Assembly (NCBI RefSeq): GCF_964204645.1
Contig: NW_027437432.1
Location: forward strand, 124,001 to 188,000
Direction: 5' to 3'
Length of the DNA stretch: 64,000 nt
Source of the DNA: Tubulanus polymorphus
Lineage: Eukaryota > Animalia > Nemertea
Shown here piece by piece: positions 1 through 14,357 of this stretch; the stretch's first letter is position 1, and each line of letters starts with the position of its first letter. The notes below the pieces were generated by a model that searched no databases, was not told where the DNA came from, and saw only the letters and a program-made list of their open reading frames with translations. A program made the translations under genes and the position numbers.

Positions 1-338
1 TTTATAGTTATGCGGGGAGAGCATCTGCTACTGTCGATAGCTATGAATATAAAATGATAACTAGTTTGATGAAACGATAAGCAGGTGTTTCAGGAGACTG
101 GTTTATTGTTTTACAAGTTTCCCCTCCGTCACCCAAACCGGAAATTACATTTGTCTTTACGACGTCATGAAAACCATTATGACGTCACTAAATCACCGGT
201 AGCTATGACGTCATCTTATGTGTCTATAGATTTTATTAATGGATCAGAAATAAAAGAGAGATTTTTATTTTGGAGAAATATTTCCCAGAATATTCTCACT
301 GAAACAAGCTATACCAGATCCCAGTTCCTGGAACCAGC

Positions 339-866
339 CATCCTGCCACCCCGCCTGAATGCAGGAATCCTGCCTACCCGTCTGAATGCGGGAATCCTGC
401 CACCCCGCCTGAATGCAGGAATCCTGCCACCCCGTCTGAATGCGGGAATCCTGCCACCCCGCCTGAATGCGGGAATCCTGCCACCCCGCCTGAATGCAGG
501 AATCCTGCCACCCCGTCTGAATGCGGGAATCCTGCCACCCCGCCTGAATGCGGGAATCCTGCCACCCCGCCTGAATGCAGGAATCCTGCCACCCCGTCTG
601 AATGCGGGAATCCTGCCACCCCGCCTGAATGCGGGAATCCTGCCACCCCGCCTGAATGCAGGAATCCTGCCACCCCGCCTGAATGCGGGAATCCTGCCAC
701 CCCGCCTGAATGCAGGAATCCTGCCACCCCGCCTGAATGCAGGAATCCTGCCACCCCGCCTGAATGCGGGAATCCTGCCACCCCGCCTGAATGCAGGAAT
801 CCTGCCACCCCGCCTGAATGCGGGAATCCTGCCACCCCGCCTGAATGCAGGAATCCTGCCACCCCA
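339..866. repeat. Minisatellite, 27-bp unit, ~19 copies
   Basis: ATCCTGCCACCCCGCCTGAATGCAGGA. Confidence 0.95.
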
Positions 867-1032
867 CCTGACTGTGTTATTATACATTGGAATAGTCTGT
901 ATTTTCATGATTTGCGCAGAAATCGAGTTGATTAATGAGAATATGAATAAAAAATAGAGAGATCAGTAAAGAGTAATAGTGAACTGAGCAGACGACATTA
1001 CAGTGAGAGAGAGCTGCTGCTGCTGCTGCTGC

Positions 1033-1063
<31 letters not shown>

Positions 1064-1427
1064 GCAGCTGCCGTGTGGGCGTTTGAACTGTTTACTGCAC
1101 GGTCCAGCGGGAATAATATAGCCGACGATTATGACGTCAAAACGCAACGCTTCAATTCGGCGGTTGAATAATTCGATTTGTTGAAATTGTATCTCATGAT
1201 GATTTGGATGAGAGACACAAATTCAATTCAATTTTGTTGTAGTCGACGTTAGGGAATTTTTCCCTATTTCAGAACAGTCCATAAAACAGGCGATTATTTT
1301 AGACACCATCAATTCGACTATTACTGGCGCCTCGGAGTAAAAAATGTCCAAAGGTGCTTCTCCACTTCAAAATAGAAACATTTTCTATTTGATATTAGGC
1401 TAGGTTTCAGCATCGAAAAATGCTAAT

Positions 1428-1604
1428 TAACCCTAATCCTAGCTGAAGCCCCTCACCGAGATTTGAACCTGGGTTCCTCAGTAGCCAGTCCACTGTCCTA
1501 ACTACTAGACCACGGAGCTCTAGCGATCAAGTGAATTTGTAAGTTTGTATAATGGTCAGTGGTGACCAGTGAGGTGTGGTCAGATCTATTCTCTAACAAT
1601 ACCC
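1428..1604 (-). mobile_element. tRNA-derived interspersed element (family A), copy 1
   Basis: Reverse-strand A box TGGTCTAGT and B box GGTTCAAATC, followed by TAGGGTT-like repeats; homologous to 29540-29801 and 51651-51980. Confidence 0.7.
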
Positions 1605-2047
1605 GCTCTGCTGTCGATGGATCCTGGTTTCGTTTGTTAGCTTTGTTTTTATCATTATAACTCGCGATTTTTGAAACAGAGCCATAAAACTATAAGTAAA
1701 TGTTGCCAATTAAGTCAATCTAAACCAAATACTTTAAGTAGACATTTGTATGAAGATAATAAATAGCCGCGTTAGGAAACAAATTCTCCACAGGGACAAA
1801 CAACAATAATGATATTGATATATTTCAGCTTCTCGGAAAATGTCATTATGAGAATTTGTTTTTGTTCATTGTCTTATTGTGAAAACACAATAATAAAAGA
1901 CACAGCAACCAGAAGCCGACAAGGTGTCGGTTCGTCGACAAGGAACTGGCTAGAAGTCGACTAGGAGCTGTTAGCCTCATCACGATGAGATCTAATCGGT
2001 TAAGTACGTGACAGTACACTGGTGAAGGGTTACTTATCATACTACAG

Positions 2048-2170
2048 TTCCCTGTCGTCGCCTGCCGTTCCCTGTCGTCCCCTGGCGTTCCCTGTCGTCG
2101 CCTGCCGTTCCCTGTCGTCCCCTGGCGTTCCATGTCATCCCCTGACGTTTCCTGACGTCCCCTGACGTTC
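2048..2170. repeat. Minisatellite, ~20-bp unit
   Basis: TTCCCTGTCGTCGCCTGCCG variants. Confidence 0.8.
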
Positions 2171-3123
2171 TTATCCAAAACTATTTCTAATCTCCATACT
2201 TTCACCAAGATTCTGATGTTTTTTCTGGAGTCGAATGTTTTTCACATTTTGAGATCGTTCTGAGAAAGACACAGTACGATGCACACCTGGGGAGGGGTGG
2301 AGGGGAGAGAGGGGGGAAGGGGTGGAGGGAGAGGGGGAAGGGGTGGAGGGAGAGGGGGTGGAGGGAGAGGGGAGAGGGGGTGGAGGGAGAGGGGAGAGGG
2401 GCTGCGTGTTTGAATCCTGTTTACTAACACGATAATTCACTGTTTTACTTCGACTCGACCACAGAAAATCTGTTGTAAAATACAGGATGTAAAAATATCG
2501 AGCAAAACAACTTTTTCATCACAGAAATCGACAGTTTCACATCTCACATAAAATACTGAAATTCAAGTCGATTCTGATCCTCAAACATTTCAAATAAATC
2601 AAAACTCGTGAAACTTAAGACGAACATCCAGTAACACTGGTTCGACGTAAGTCCAGAAAAGGACTTAAATCATAAGACTGATGCTAGGTTCTTACCTCCA
2701 TCGGTTACAACCAAAATCACTGGTCTTAAGTTGTTTTTACAATGAAACTAAGACCGGCTTAGACGGGAGTTTGTCGTAAGACTCTTCCCAATAATCTGTC
2801 TAAGATTCGAGATATCGAAATAGGTTGAAAACAAGCAGTTTCGATGATTAGATTTATGGAAGCGAGCATAAAATAGAACAAAATCTACTAGAAAAAATAA
2901 CTGCCATTTTCGGGACATTTCATGATGACGATATTAGTGAAGTGTAATCCTTTAAATCTGCTGGTGTTTTACTGAGATCGAGGCCTCACAAATCGATCTA
3001 TTCTGAGTTTCTGTTTCAAATCGAAGATTTCAGTCGCGTGGCTCCGGTTTTATAATTACTGTACCGTGATGTCTTACATTACTCATATCAAACTAGTTTA
3101 TACAAAATAACATAGTTTTCTTT

Positions 3124-3258
3124 CAGAGATCACCTCCTACCCCCCCCCCCCAGAGATCACCTCCTACCCCCCCCCCAGAGATCACCTCCTAGCTCCCCCA
3201 GAGATCACCTCCTACCCCCCCCCCCCCAGAGATCACCTCCTACACCCCCCCCCCTCCA
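3124..3258. repeat. Minisatellite CAGAGATCACCTCCTAC(C)n, 5 copies
   Basis: Direct inspection. Confidence 0.85.
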
Positions 3259-4317
3259 AAACTCGACGAGTCCTTGGGGACCCGATGGGTCTGGTATTCA
3301 CACTGTTCAAGGGGTAACCCGTTATATTATGGGCCAGTAATTGGGATTCATACACACAGACTACAGATAACGATGTCCAGAAATGAGTTCGGGTCAAATC
3401 AAGTTTGGTCATTATTTCAAGTATACATAAGATAAATGAAAGGGGTTATTTCATATGCAGTATAGATCGATAGAACTGATGACGTATTCGTGTCCAGAAA
3501 CTGTTGACAGCCTCTAATAACATGTTTATGAAATTATAGTCGCATAGAGAATAATTCAGATCGTCTACAGCGAGATGTAACACTGCAGTAGAGTTCCACA
3601 GTCACTCGTGGAACCTGCCTGTACTGTAGCTGAACGGCTCAGGAACGACTCAGTTCCACGCGAAGTACTCAGGTCCACGCGAAGGGCTCGGATCCACTGG
3701 GATCCACTGGAAGGACTCGGATCCACAGATTCGAGTCAAAATTAACAGCCCATGACTGCCAGACCCCTGACCTAACGTATATACAGGCACATTCATTATA
3801 AGTTCTTACGTGACGAGATATTTTGATGTCCTCTCCATCGAACATGAGTTCAGTACACGTGATCGATTCGGTGTTCTCCACCAGGTCCTTACTATCGAGG
3901 AACAACTATGGGTAGTTACGATGTTTGTAGATTTTATTTATAACTTCTGTATTTTCGTCCAGGGTCGACAGTCAGTCCCGGTTCTACACTACATTCGATA
4001 CGTCCCCCTGTGGTCTGTTTTGACTATGAGCAAGTTTGAACACATTTCATTAATAATCCAAGTATAACTAATTCCTCAGAAACATATGTGGTCACTAAAT
4101 AGAATAACATGAGTATTAACTTCAGTCACATACTCGCATGAACTGTCATGTGTAAATTGATATAATAATTAATAATTAAATGACCCAGTAACTTAGTACC
4201 AAGAGAAATCCCACAATAACGAAGCCAAGATTGAAAAATTCTATATCAGAATGATTATATTTGAGGAGCGACGTTTCCATCATCAGGCGTACTGGAACTT
4301 AATAACCTTCAGTACGC

Positions 4318-4348
<31 letters not shown>

Positions 4349-4662
4349 TTCAGTTTCTCGTTTTGGCTTCGTTATTGTGGGATTTCTCTCGTTATCATCA
4401 TACACGGATCGATTCTCGTCTAACCTAGTACGAAGTTTCAGCTTTTTACCCCAAATTCCTAATAACAATATATCTCAGTCTCCTAATAACCGAGAACAGA
4501 GGAATATAATTCAGTGTCTCTAAACTGAATAAACCAACAGTCCATCGATCATCCAGCATCCAACACCACCCACGCGTGTGTGTCATATACAAACAAACAA
4601 TACCTGCTTCATCCAGGGTTCACTCGACTAACATCGATAATCATCAGAAAATTATCTTCACC

Positions 4663-5107
4663 TCCTGACAGACCTCTTCTCCTCCTGCCCCGACAGACAC
4701 CTGTCCTGATAGAGACCCTCGGCCTGTCCCTACAGACCCCCTCACCCTGCCCCCCAAACCTGTCCTGGCAGACCCCCTCACCATGTCCCCCAAACCTGTC
4801 CTGACAGACACCCTCACCCTGCCCCCCAAACCTGTCCTGACAGACCTCTTCTCAGACCCCCTCACCCTGCCCCCCAAACCTGTCCTGACAGACCTCTTCT
4901 CAGACCCCCTCACCCTGCCCCCCAAACCTGTCTTGACAGACCCCCTCACCCTGTCCCCCAAACCTGTCCTGACAGACCCCCTCACCCTGCCCCCAAACCT
5001 GTCCTGACAGACCCCCTCACCCTGCCCCCCACACCTGTCCTGACAGACACCCTCACCCTGTCCCTACAGACCCCCTCACCCTGCCCCCACACCTGTCCTG
5101 ACAGACA
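4663..5107. repeat. Minisatellite, ~36-bp degenerate unit
   Basis: CCTGTCCTGACAGACCCCCTCACCCTGCCCCCAAA. Confidence 0.9.
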
Positions 5108-6959
5108 GCAAACTTATACATCAAAAAAACAATAATCAAATTGTATTAGAATCCAAAAAGCAGTTGGTACCTTTTTAAATATAAAAATGTGTTCAATTCA
5201 CCGGAGACATAAAGAAGACCAGTCTAAGTTCGACTTGGATCTCGCTCAACTTCAGACCAGTTTTATGGATATCAGATATATACGGCAATTTAAACCTAAA
5301 CTAACGTGGTTTCGACTAAATTCACAAGATATTAAATTTATTCATTGTATAAATAATTGAGAAAATTATTAACTTAAATAAAAATATGTTTTAGAATCAG
5401 TTGTTTCAGCGCCTGATCGAACTTACCCTTCTCAACAGGTGGTTATATTGATCTCATCGCCAATTATCGGATTATCAGTAGTATAAATATATCCAAAGTT
5501 TAATCGAATCGATATATCAGTCTCAGAATGAGAGTGAGAGTTGATCAGTGTGGTGTGTATTCCAGGCACACACACACACACACCAGTGAGTAGTTTGAGA
5601 ACGCGAGGTGTACGCCACCATCACGCGTAGCTCTAAACCCATCTTTAAAACCAACATTATATGAATACATGTAAATATACTATATCAGTGAATTTTAGCG
5701 ATTTATTTTTCTACAAAATTTTAGAAATATCAATTTCGAAGTCTCGTTATTTTCGAGGTCCTTTTCAGATCGTGATTTTTCTGAAAATATTTTCATCTAT
5801 TTTTCATGTCGTTGTTTGTTTTGAATTGTGAATTCGGGATATTTTTATATGATATGGATTTTATGCTTATTGAATTATTGTAAAATTATTTGTTACGAAG
5901 AGCTGAACTTGACGGACAAATCGCACCTACAATCTTCATGAGACTAAAATTTCAAGGAAAATTTGTTTTATCTCCTGATTCCTGATGCTAATTTTACGAG
6001 AGACTCAGGAAGAGGTGAAGAGAGCCGCTGCTGCTACTGCTACTACTGCTGCTGCCGCTGCGTTCCTGGAACCTACTCTCTCCATCCTCGCAGTCATAAT
6101 TCACAAACTGATAATTATTTTCTCCTTTTGAGCGGATTGTAAGAAAGATAACAATCTCCCCTACTGTAACAGCGCTAACCCCAACAGCACCGTCTCACAT
6201 TTCTCTATCGGTTTTCTAGGAATTATTTCTTGTTTTTGTTGGGTTTATCATCACTGACCCTCACCGTGTGCTTCTTGTTTACTAGAATTTTAATTTTAGA
6301 ATTGTTTTAGTAAAGATCTAGGAAGGTATTTAACATAAAGTGATATTCAGTATTAAGATGCTCGTCATAACATTTGGGTTTATCTAATATTGTAATTCTT
6401 CCAATATTATGTCTGCTTTGAGATGGGTTGTCAAAATTTCAATTTTGCTTAGACGTTCCGCCGGAAATGACGTAACTAATATGCTGATTGACCATATTAG
6501 GACGTGTCCCAGACGGATTGACGACAAACCCATCACGCGACTCTAGATGGATAGAATTAAATTCAATCTCCTTATCTCTCGTTGACCCGATAAGTGCTTA
6601 AACCCGGGAGTAGTATCAGAACGCAGCCATCCGCGGCCTACAACTCTATTCCCAGAACGGATCAATTAAGTCAACAGTTAATTAATCTGTATTAATTATC
6701 TCATCGGTTCTCAGCGTGTAACCGCTGGATTGGTATCAATAATTCCAGTAATTAATCTATAATCAATCAGCTGCGCATTGTTGCGGTTTCCAAGAGACCA
6801 CTCCTACTACACGCCCCCTGGTGGAATCAAGGACTCTTTCCGGAGCCCAACTGGCACCTCCTCCTTGTGGAAGGTTCTTAGAGAGCTGACGAAAAAAATG
6901 TTTTTTGTTAGTTCAAAAATAAAGCGTAAATGGATGAAAACTAAAAACAATCTTGATTG

Positions 6960-7596
6960 GCTTGTCCCGGATCTCTCAGATCGCCAGCAGCTTGTCCCGG
7001 ATCTCTCAGATCGCCAGCAGCTTGTCCCGGATCTCTCAGATCGCCAGCAGCTTGTCCCGGATCTCTCAGATCGCCAGCAGCTTGTCCCGGATCTCACAGA
7101 TCGCCAGCAGCTTGTCCCGGATCTCTCAGATCGCCAGCAGCTTGTCCCGGATCTCTCAGATCGCCAGCAGCTTGTCCCGGATCTCTCAGATCGCCAGCAG
7201 CTTGTCCCGGATCTCTCAGATCGCCAGCAGCTTGTCCCGGATCTCACAGATCGCCAGCAGCTTGTCCCGGATCTCTCAGATCGCCAGCAGCTTGTCCCGG
7301 ATCTCTCAGATCGCCAGCAGCTTGTCCCGGATCTCACAGATCGCCAGCAGCTTGTCCCGGATCTCTCAGATCGCCAGCAGCTTGTCCCGGATCTCTCAGA
7401 TCGCCAGCAGCTTGTCCCGGATCTCTCAGATCGCCAGCAGCTTGTCCCGGATCTCTCAGATCGCCAGCAGCTTGTCCCGGATCTCACAGATCGCCAGCAG
7501 CTTGTCCCGGATCTCACAGATCGCCAGCAGCTTGTCCCGGATCTCTCAGATCGCCAGCAGCTTGTCCCGGATCTCACAGATCGCCAGCAGCTTGTT
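6960..7596. repeat. Minisatellite, 30-bp unit, ~21 copies
   Basis: CTTGTCCCGGATCTCTCAGATCGCCAGCAG. Confidence 0.97.
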
Positions 7597-7757
7597 TCGT
7601 CTCTTCGAGGTTTAGCAGCATTCAAAAGGTTTCACTGGAGCCTAAAATTTCTAATGTTTGATTTTTCATCTTTTTGAGAAATTCATTCTATATAAAGTGA
7701 ACTGGGATATAAATATGTAGATATAGAATACTTCATTTTACAGATATAAATGATAGA

Positions 7758-8214
7758 ACCGGAGAAGGGGTTTACAGGGTGTCCCCTGACTTTATCCTGA
7801 CTATTCCCCGCTGACCCGGAGAAGGGGTTTACAGGGTGTCCCCTGACTTTATCCTGACTATTCCCCGCTGACCCGGAGAAGGGGTTTACAGGGTGTCACC
7901 TGACTTTATCCTGACTATTCCCCGCTGACCCGGAGAAGGGGTTTACAGGGTGTCCCCTGACTTTATCCTGACTATTCCCCGCTGACCCGGAGAAGGGGTT
8001 TACAGGGTGTCACCTGACTTTATCCTGACTATTCCCCGCTGACCCGGAGAAGGGGTTTACAGGGTGTCCCCTGACTTTATCCTGACTATTCCCCGCTGAC
8101 CCGGAGAAGGGGTTTACAGGGTGTCAGCTGACTTTATCCTGACTATTCCCCGCTGACCCGGAGAAGGGGTTTACAGGGTGTCCCCTGACTTTATCCTGAC
8201 TATTCCCTGCTGAC
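7758..8214. repeat. Minisatellite, 57-bp unit, 8 copies
   Basis: CCGGAGAAGGGGTTTACAGGGTGTCCCCTGACTTTATCCTGACTATTCCCCGCTGAC. Confidence 0.95.
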
Positions 8215-9249
8215 AAGCGCGTTGTTTATCCTGGATTTGATCCAATCAATTAACACAGTCAAACACAATAGAACATAGACGTAAACCGTCTGTAACAATC
8301 TGTAACAATCTCATCAAATTTCCAAGACTTTTTATGAATTTTCTGACATTTCCCTGACTGTGTTTTGTCACTGATATTTGATTCAAATACTATGTTTTTT
8401 CTTTGATTATCGCGAAAGTAGAAATGGAGAAAAGGTTTTAAGTCACTGAGTGCTATAGTTACACACAGTGCTGAAAATTAAACTCGGGGGGGAATAAATG
8501 CACTTTACGAACCTCACCTGGTTAAACTATCAAACAAAAGCACTTTGGTGTTTTTATGTCTAAGGTGAAATGACTGAGAAAGAGGGGGAGGAGAGAGAGA
8601 GAGAGGAGAGAGACCGGGAGAGAAAGAACAGATTCACTTTAGGCCGATGGCAACTTTCACTTAGTTGTCTGACTGGTTCTGAGGAGAAACAACTGTTGTT
8701 TTAATCAAAGAACAAGAACAGAAATGAAACAGATGCGGTCTATATCTGTCTGGCAGTTCTAAAAAACATTATCATCAAACTTTTCCTAAAACAAATCAAA
8801 CTGTTCTTCCATCCATGTATCCCGGCTAGATAGAAAAACTCTGAGCGCCGACCCGCGGCCGGCAATCTACCACTTTCAGATCGAGTTGAGGCCTGAGCGC
8901 GAGGATGGCTGATTCTTTGAACAACTGTATCGTTCACTTTGCCAAATCGGAAAAAATATATAGCAATTTGAAATTAGATCGAACGCATTTAGATGATTTT
9001 AAAATATCGGGTCGAAACAGCCCGAAAAAACCGCCAAATATCATATACCGTCAACTGCTGCCACCGTTCGGCCGAACTGTACATTAAAACAAAACGTCGG
9101 TGTTCATTTTGTTGAATACAGAGAATCTGAATTTGTTATTCAATGATCATTAGGTGCGCTATCAATTACAGATATTATTGAATTGTGTTAAGTAAAATTT
9201 CAAATTATTTAAGACCTTACCGCAGGAGGTTTCACTCTACATTCAACAG

Positions 9250-9363
9250 CCGCCTAGGTCACGTGAACTCTCGCTACGTCACGTAGTTTCTCGCGTTGAA
9301 AGACGCCATTACCGTTGAAATCTCTCGACAAATTGCGTGATTTCAAAAGTTTACTTGCCACAA
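9250..9363 (+). promoter_or_regulatory. Putative BANP promoter and non-coding first exon
   Basis: CpG-rich patch with E-box GTCACGTGA (9258-9266), TCTCGCG (9289-9295) and YY1-like CGCCATT (9304-9310). Donor CAA|GTAAGT at 9363/9364; acceptor TTTATAG|C at 9681/9682 upstream of the ATG. Confidence 0.55.
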
Positions 9364-9703
9364 GTAAGTTTTTAAGAAATTTATATCACAAACAATGACA
9401 TCTTTTCTGTACAAGCCGTACATGAAATATGACCACTTAACTGATTTTGGGAGGTTTTGAATTGAGCTGTTTATGTCAGCGAACCACGGGCGGGTCGATA
9501 GGAACTACTGTCGTTTCGGGCAGTAAACATCAGTTTACATTTTAGAAAATCGGTATTGCGCAATCACACAAATTCAATTTAGATTTATTGTACAAAAATA
9601 ATTGTTTATTTCTTAAGCTCATTCGAGTGTTATCAATTTTTGTATAAATTAAATGGATGATTAAATGTTGTATATTTATAGCGCACTTTTTACTGGTAAA
9701 AAG

Positions 9704-9791
9704 ATGGAATCGGAGATGGTTCCATGTGAAGAGCAATTAATTGTTTTAACTAGTAACAGCCCTGAAAATAGTAGCAATATTCATCAGCATG
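9704..9791 (+). CDS. BANP: BANP coding exon 1 (MESEMVPCEEQ...)
   Basis: AAGATGG start context; phase-1 donor matches next exon. Confidence 0.7.
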
Positions 9792-12700
9792 GTAAAAACT
9801 TTTAGCATATATATTATTATGAATTTATCCTGGAAGGTTTCATTTTCTTGATCTTGAAAATGCATTTATTCCAAAATAAAACAAATTAAGTTTGATAAAT
9901 TGTGTAATATGAATTATAGAAATTTATCAAGTAAGAATAATTAAGATAAATAACTTGTTGTTATCAACATTCAACATAAGGTTTAATACTTTTAGATTTG
10001 AGAGTAATCAAATATTTAAACTACAACTATTTGTTAGATACCAGCGTCATTTTGCTCAAGTTCTGATTTTCTTCATTTCGTAACTTTTGATTTAATTTTG
10101 TAACAAATAAAGACGATGGTCTTGGGGAACCTGATCATAAGAGGATTTGTGTCGAGGTGGAAACATGTGCATTAGACAATGAACACTCAACTGATCAGTC
10201 TATTAAGGTACAAATTACTTTCATCTCAGTTCATTTTACAATTCTTAAGCATTTACTCTATTTGTCTTACCCTTAAAAATTAGAAAGAAAAAACTTGTAA
10301 ATTTTACAGTTTCACAATTCTTAGTTTTGTAAAATGTTTAACTGTGTATTTTCTTACCTCAAAAATTGTAATAACCTTTGATTTAGTTAAAATTGTCTCA
10401 TAATTGTGAAACAGAACTCAGAATTGTTTACTTTCATCCGAGTTCTAAAACATTGTCCAATCGTATCTCTCTAAACCTTGGAATAATATTTACCCATTTT
10501 AAATTTTTCAGCAAATTCTGTTCAACATAAACAAAGCGATTTGTTTAAGACTCGATTGTATCGAAAACAAGGTCGAAATGATCAACGTTAGAACGAAATA
10601 TTTAGAAGAGAAAGTTGAACAAATTCATTCACTTTTAAAACAAGATAATAATTCAACATCACCAATTGTCAGGTAAATAAATAATCAGGGGTTGAGTTGT
10701 TTGAGTCCCGGACCGAGCTGTTCAGTTCAGTTGCTCTAAAGTTGAACAGCGGATAGTCAAACATAGTTTAACAAACTTCTCAGTAAGGTAACTAATTTGA
10801 GTACAAAGGTTTGATTTGACACTAAAATCAGTTGTTGCATTGCAAATAACAGGAGTAAACCTCTATATGATACTTGAGCGTCAGACGTTGTACGAAACCG
10901 TAACAACGACTGGTATTCAGACTGTTATCTGGGTTGTATCTAAAAACAGTTTGAATATTGATGGTCTTATTTAGCTATGGATCTGATCCTGACTTCGCGT
11001 CCCTGAAAGTCAGAAAAAACTGTCATTTCTCTGAATATTTTCAGCACTACTGGAACGTCTCCGGTAGGTCGAGCTTCTAAAGGCACTTTATTAGTCGGTT
11101 TACCTCCTAAAACACATTCAGGTAAATAATCAATTTCATCAACTTTTCATGTTCCACATTTTGATCCGATTTTGTTGTCATTTGATGAAAATTGTGTTAT
11201 TTTTGTTTAGATACAAATCGTGGCCTTGGACCGAATGTCACTTTGATCACATTGAATTGTGAAGGTAATAACTCTTGTCATCTCTGTCTAGTCATGCCTG
11301 CTGTGATGTGTATGTCACAGTCGTGATGGTCAGATATCAGATACCGCGGTACATGAAGTTTCAGTTGGTTTCATTGAATTCATGTTTATTGTCATTCAAA
11401 CAGTTCATGACGAGTTTAATTCATGACTGAAATGAAACCAAACTGAACCTGATGTTTCATTCGATACATTCTCATCAGAATATTTTAAGAGGAGGATTAT
11501 CCATTTGATAGAGGATTATCCGTTTAATCTGTTTTAGAGGATTATCCTAATGGAAGTTGGCTCGGTGATGACACTAATCCTGAAATGAGAGTTCGGGTTC
11601 CGATATCTCACAGGTAACTAACTATGCCCTATTTCCATTATCAACTAATTGAATCATCGACTTAAATTATCACAAAATTTTGAATAGGCCTCTTTCAACG
11701 AGAGGTCATTGTATATGATATTTGAATGATTAACCTTCAGCTAAAAGAGGTCCTCTTTGTCTCTTATTTACAGCGATATGTTACATATTCATTCAAATTG
11801 TCGAACAGCGGAGAAAATGGCTTTAACGATGTTAGATTATCTATTTGATCGCGATACGCAGGCGATGTCTAATCTCTCTGGTCAGGGTAAACATGGCAAG
11901 AAACAATTAGATCCACTTTTCATTTATGGAATCAGATGTAAGTTTATTCTGGATATTAGTTTTAACTGATAGGGTGTAGGGTGAGGGGCGTGAAGGTCTG
12001 AGGGGGTTTGGTGAGGGGGGTGAAGGTCTGAGGGTGCCGGGTGAGGGGGTGAAGGTCTGAGGGTACTGGGTGAGGGGCGTGAAGGTCTGAGGGTGCTGGG
12101 TGAGGGGGGTGAAGGTATGAGGGTGCAGGGTGAGGGGGTGAAGGTCTGAGGGTGCCGGGTGAGGGGGGTGAAGGTCTGAGGGTGCTGGGTGAGGGGCGTG
12201 AAGGTATGAGGGTGCAGGGTGAGGGGCGTGAAGGTCTGAGGGTGCTGGGTGAGGGGCGTGAAGGTCTGAGGGTGCCGGGTGAGGGGGGTGAAGGTCTGAG
12301 GGTGCTGGGTGAGGGGGGTGAAGGTATGAGGGTGCAGGGTGAGGGGCGTGAAGGTCTGAGGGTGCTGGGTGAGGGGCGTGAAGGTCTGAGGGTGCAGGGT
12401 GAGGGGAGTGAAGGTCTGAGGGTGCCGGGTGAGGGGGGCGAAGGTCTGAGGGTGCCGGGTGAGGGTCCAGGCTACAGATTGAATCCTATATTGGTTCTTC
12501 AATCTTGTTTCTCTAGTTCATGAATATTTTCTATCTGTTTCTAGGTCATTTAATACAACGTTTCGGTATTTCTGAAAATGATTGGCATCGGATAAAGCTA
12601 AATATTGATTCGAAATGTCGGACTGCGTTCCGGCGTAAAGTGCGGGGTCAATCGTTGTCGGTGAAAGCATTTAGAGGAAAGAATCCGTATTATACACATC

Positions 12701-14310
12701 AGATATTAGGAACTCATTCAGATGCTGCATCTATGAACAGTGACGAGGATTCAATGCAGAACGATGAGGATGATCTCAGAATTCATCAGGTACTAAAATA
12801 CTGCAACTCAATTATACACTTCCACAGTTACTGGATCCACTTCCACAGTTACTCGATCCACTTCCACAGTTGTGAGTTAACTCATTTAAAATGAGAACTA
12901 AACTCAAGAGTTAACTTCATCCATACTCTCCACTATTAAACTTGATCCTGATATGCATTGTAGCAAGTCAACTTGTGTGTTGCTCTATTTAGGCTTAATT
13001 TTCACAAACCGTCAATAAGTGCTGAAAAATGCTACCTATTTTTTTATTGACGAGTTATCTGAAAAGTTTTTGACTTTGGTTTAGTGAAAATATTATTTGA
13101 TATAATATGTTGATCAGTTTTAAGTTAACAATTAATATATTACAGTTATGATGAAGGAAATTCATTAGTCTGGAGAAAATGCAAGATACTCCGTTATTAG
13201 AATATCGATTAATATACATTTGATGGTCTTCGAAAATAAAATTTAATTTGCTAAAAATTCTTCCTGTGGCATGCGAGTCTGCCGCTTTACCGGAGGATGC
13301 TGAATGCATTCACTTAAAATAGTTCCATTAAAAAATCGATTTTATACGCGGATTCTCCTTTGTAAAGCTATTGCGATGATGCAATTATTCATGTTTAAAC
13401 TAATTACGTTGAACAATTAAAGAAGTTTGACTCAGAAAAGATATCTGTATTCCTCACATGCCACAGTAGATTAGCTAGGCTTAATAAGATCTGAACCGTT
13501 CGGTGCTGCCCCTATGAGTAACGATAGCGGAATTTCTATGAACTAATATAGACACGGGACTCCATCAGAGTTCAGAATTAAACTCTTAACTCACTCACTG
13601 GATCAGAGTGATGATTAGTTGAAATTACTATAGGTCTTTCAGTAAGTGTTTACGCTGATTTTAGGGTCAGGTTCACAGCGGTTTAGAAATGCAGCACCAG
13701 AATGTGACTTGTACCCTACAGAATCAGGATCTATCAACGACTGGTGAAATACAGGTGCTACACGCAACTCCAGAACAGTTAGCACAATTACAACAAACTC
13801 ATCAGATACAGATATTACACGGAGATCAGGTTATACAGGTATGTACCACAGGGAGGTGGGCTCCATTCCAGGGGGATCAATGGTACTGCAGGAGGAGGGC
13901 TCTATACCAGGGGATCAATGGTACTGCAGGGGGAGGGCTCCATACCAGGGGATCGATGGTTCTGCAGGAGGTGGGCTCCATACCAGGGGGATCAATGGTA
14001 CTGCAGGAGGATGGCTCCACACAAGGTGGATCGATGGACCAGAGGGATCAATGTTACTGCAGGAGGATGGCTCCACACAAGGTGGATCATGGTACCATGC
14101 GAGGTGATGATATGACAGAAGGAACTAAGGAAGTTTAGTGCTCAGTATTTCATGTGTTGGTTTCTATATTTGCAGCATATTCAGGATGTAGCTGTATCGA
14201 TGAGTCAAACTGATGCAATGCATCATCAGCATTCGCTTCAAAATCAGGTACAATTACATCATCATCATCATCATTCACTTCAAAATCAGGTACAATTACA
14301 TCATCATCAC

Positions 14311-14357
<47 letters not shown>

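Noticed and set aside
85-957. 290-aa ORF and overlapping reverse ORFs
   Set aside because: Open only because of a stop-free 27-bp minisatellite; open in several frames; no domain.
1846-2208. 120-aa ORF with hydrophobic C-terminal stretch
   Set aside because: Partly minisatellite, no recognisable homology or supporting splice structure.
6778-7677. 299-aa repeat ORF (LVPDLSDRQQ)n
   Set aside because: 30-bp minisatellite open in multiple frames on both strands.
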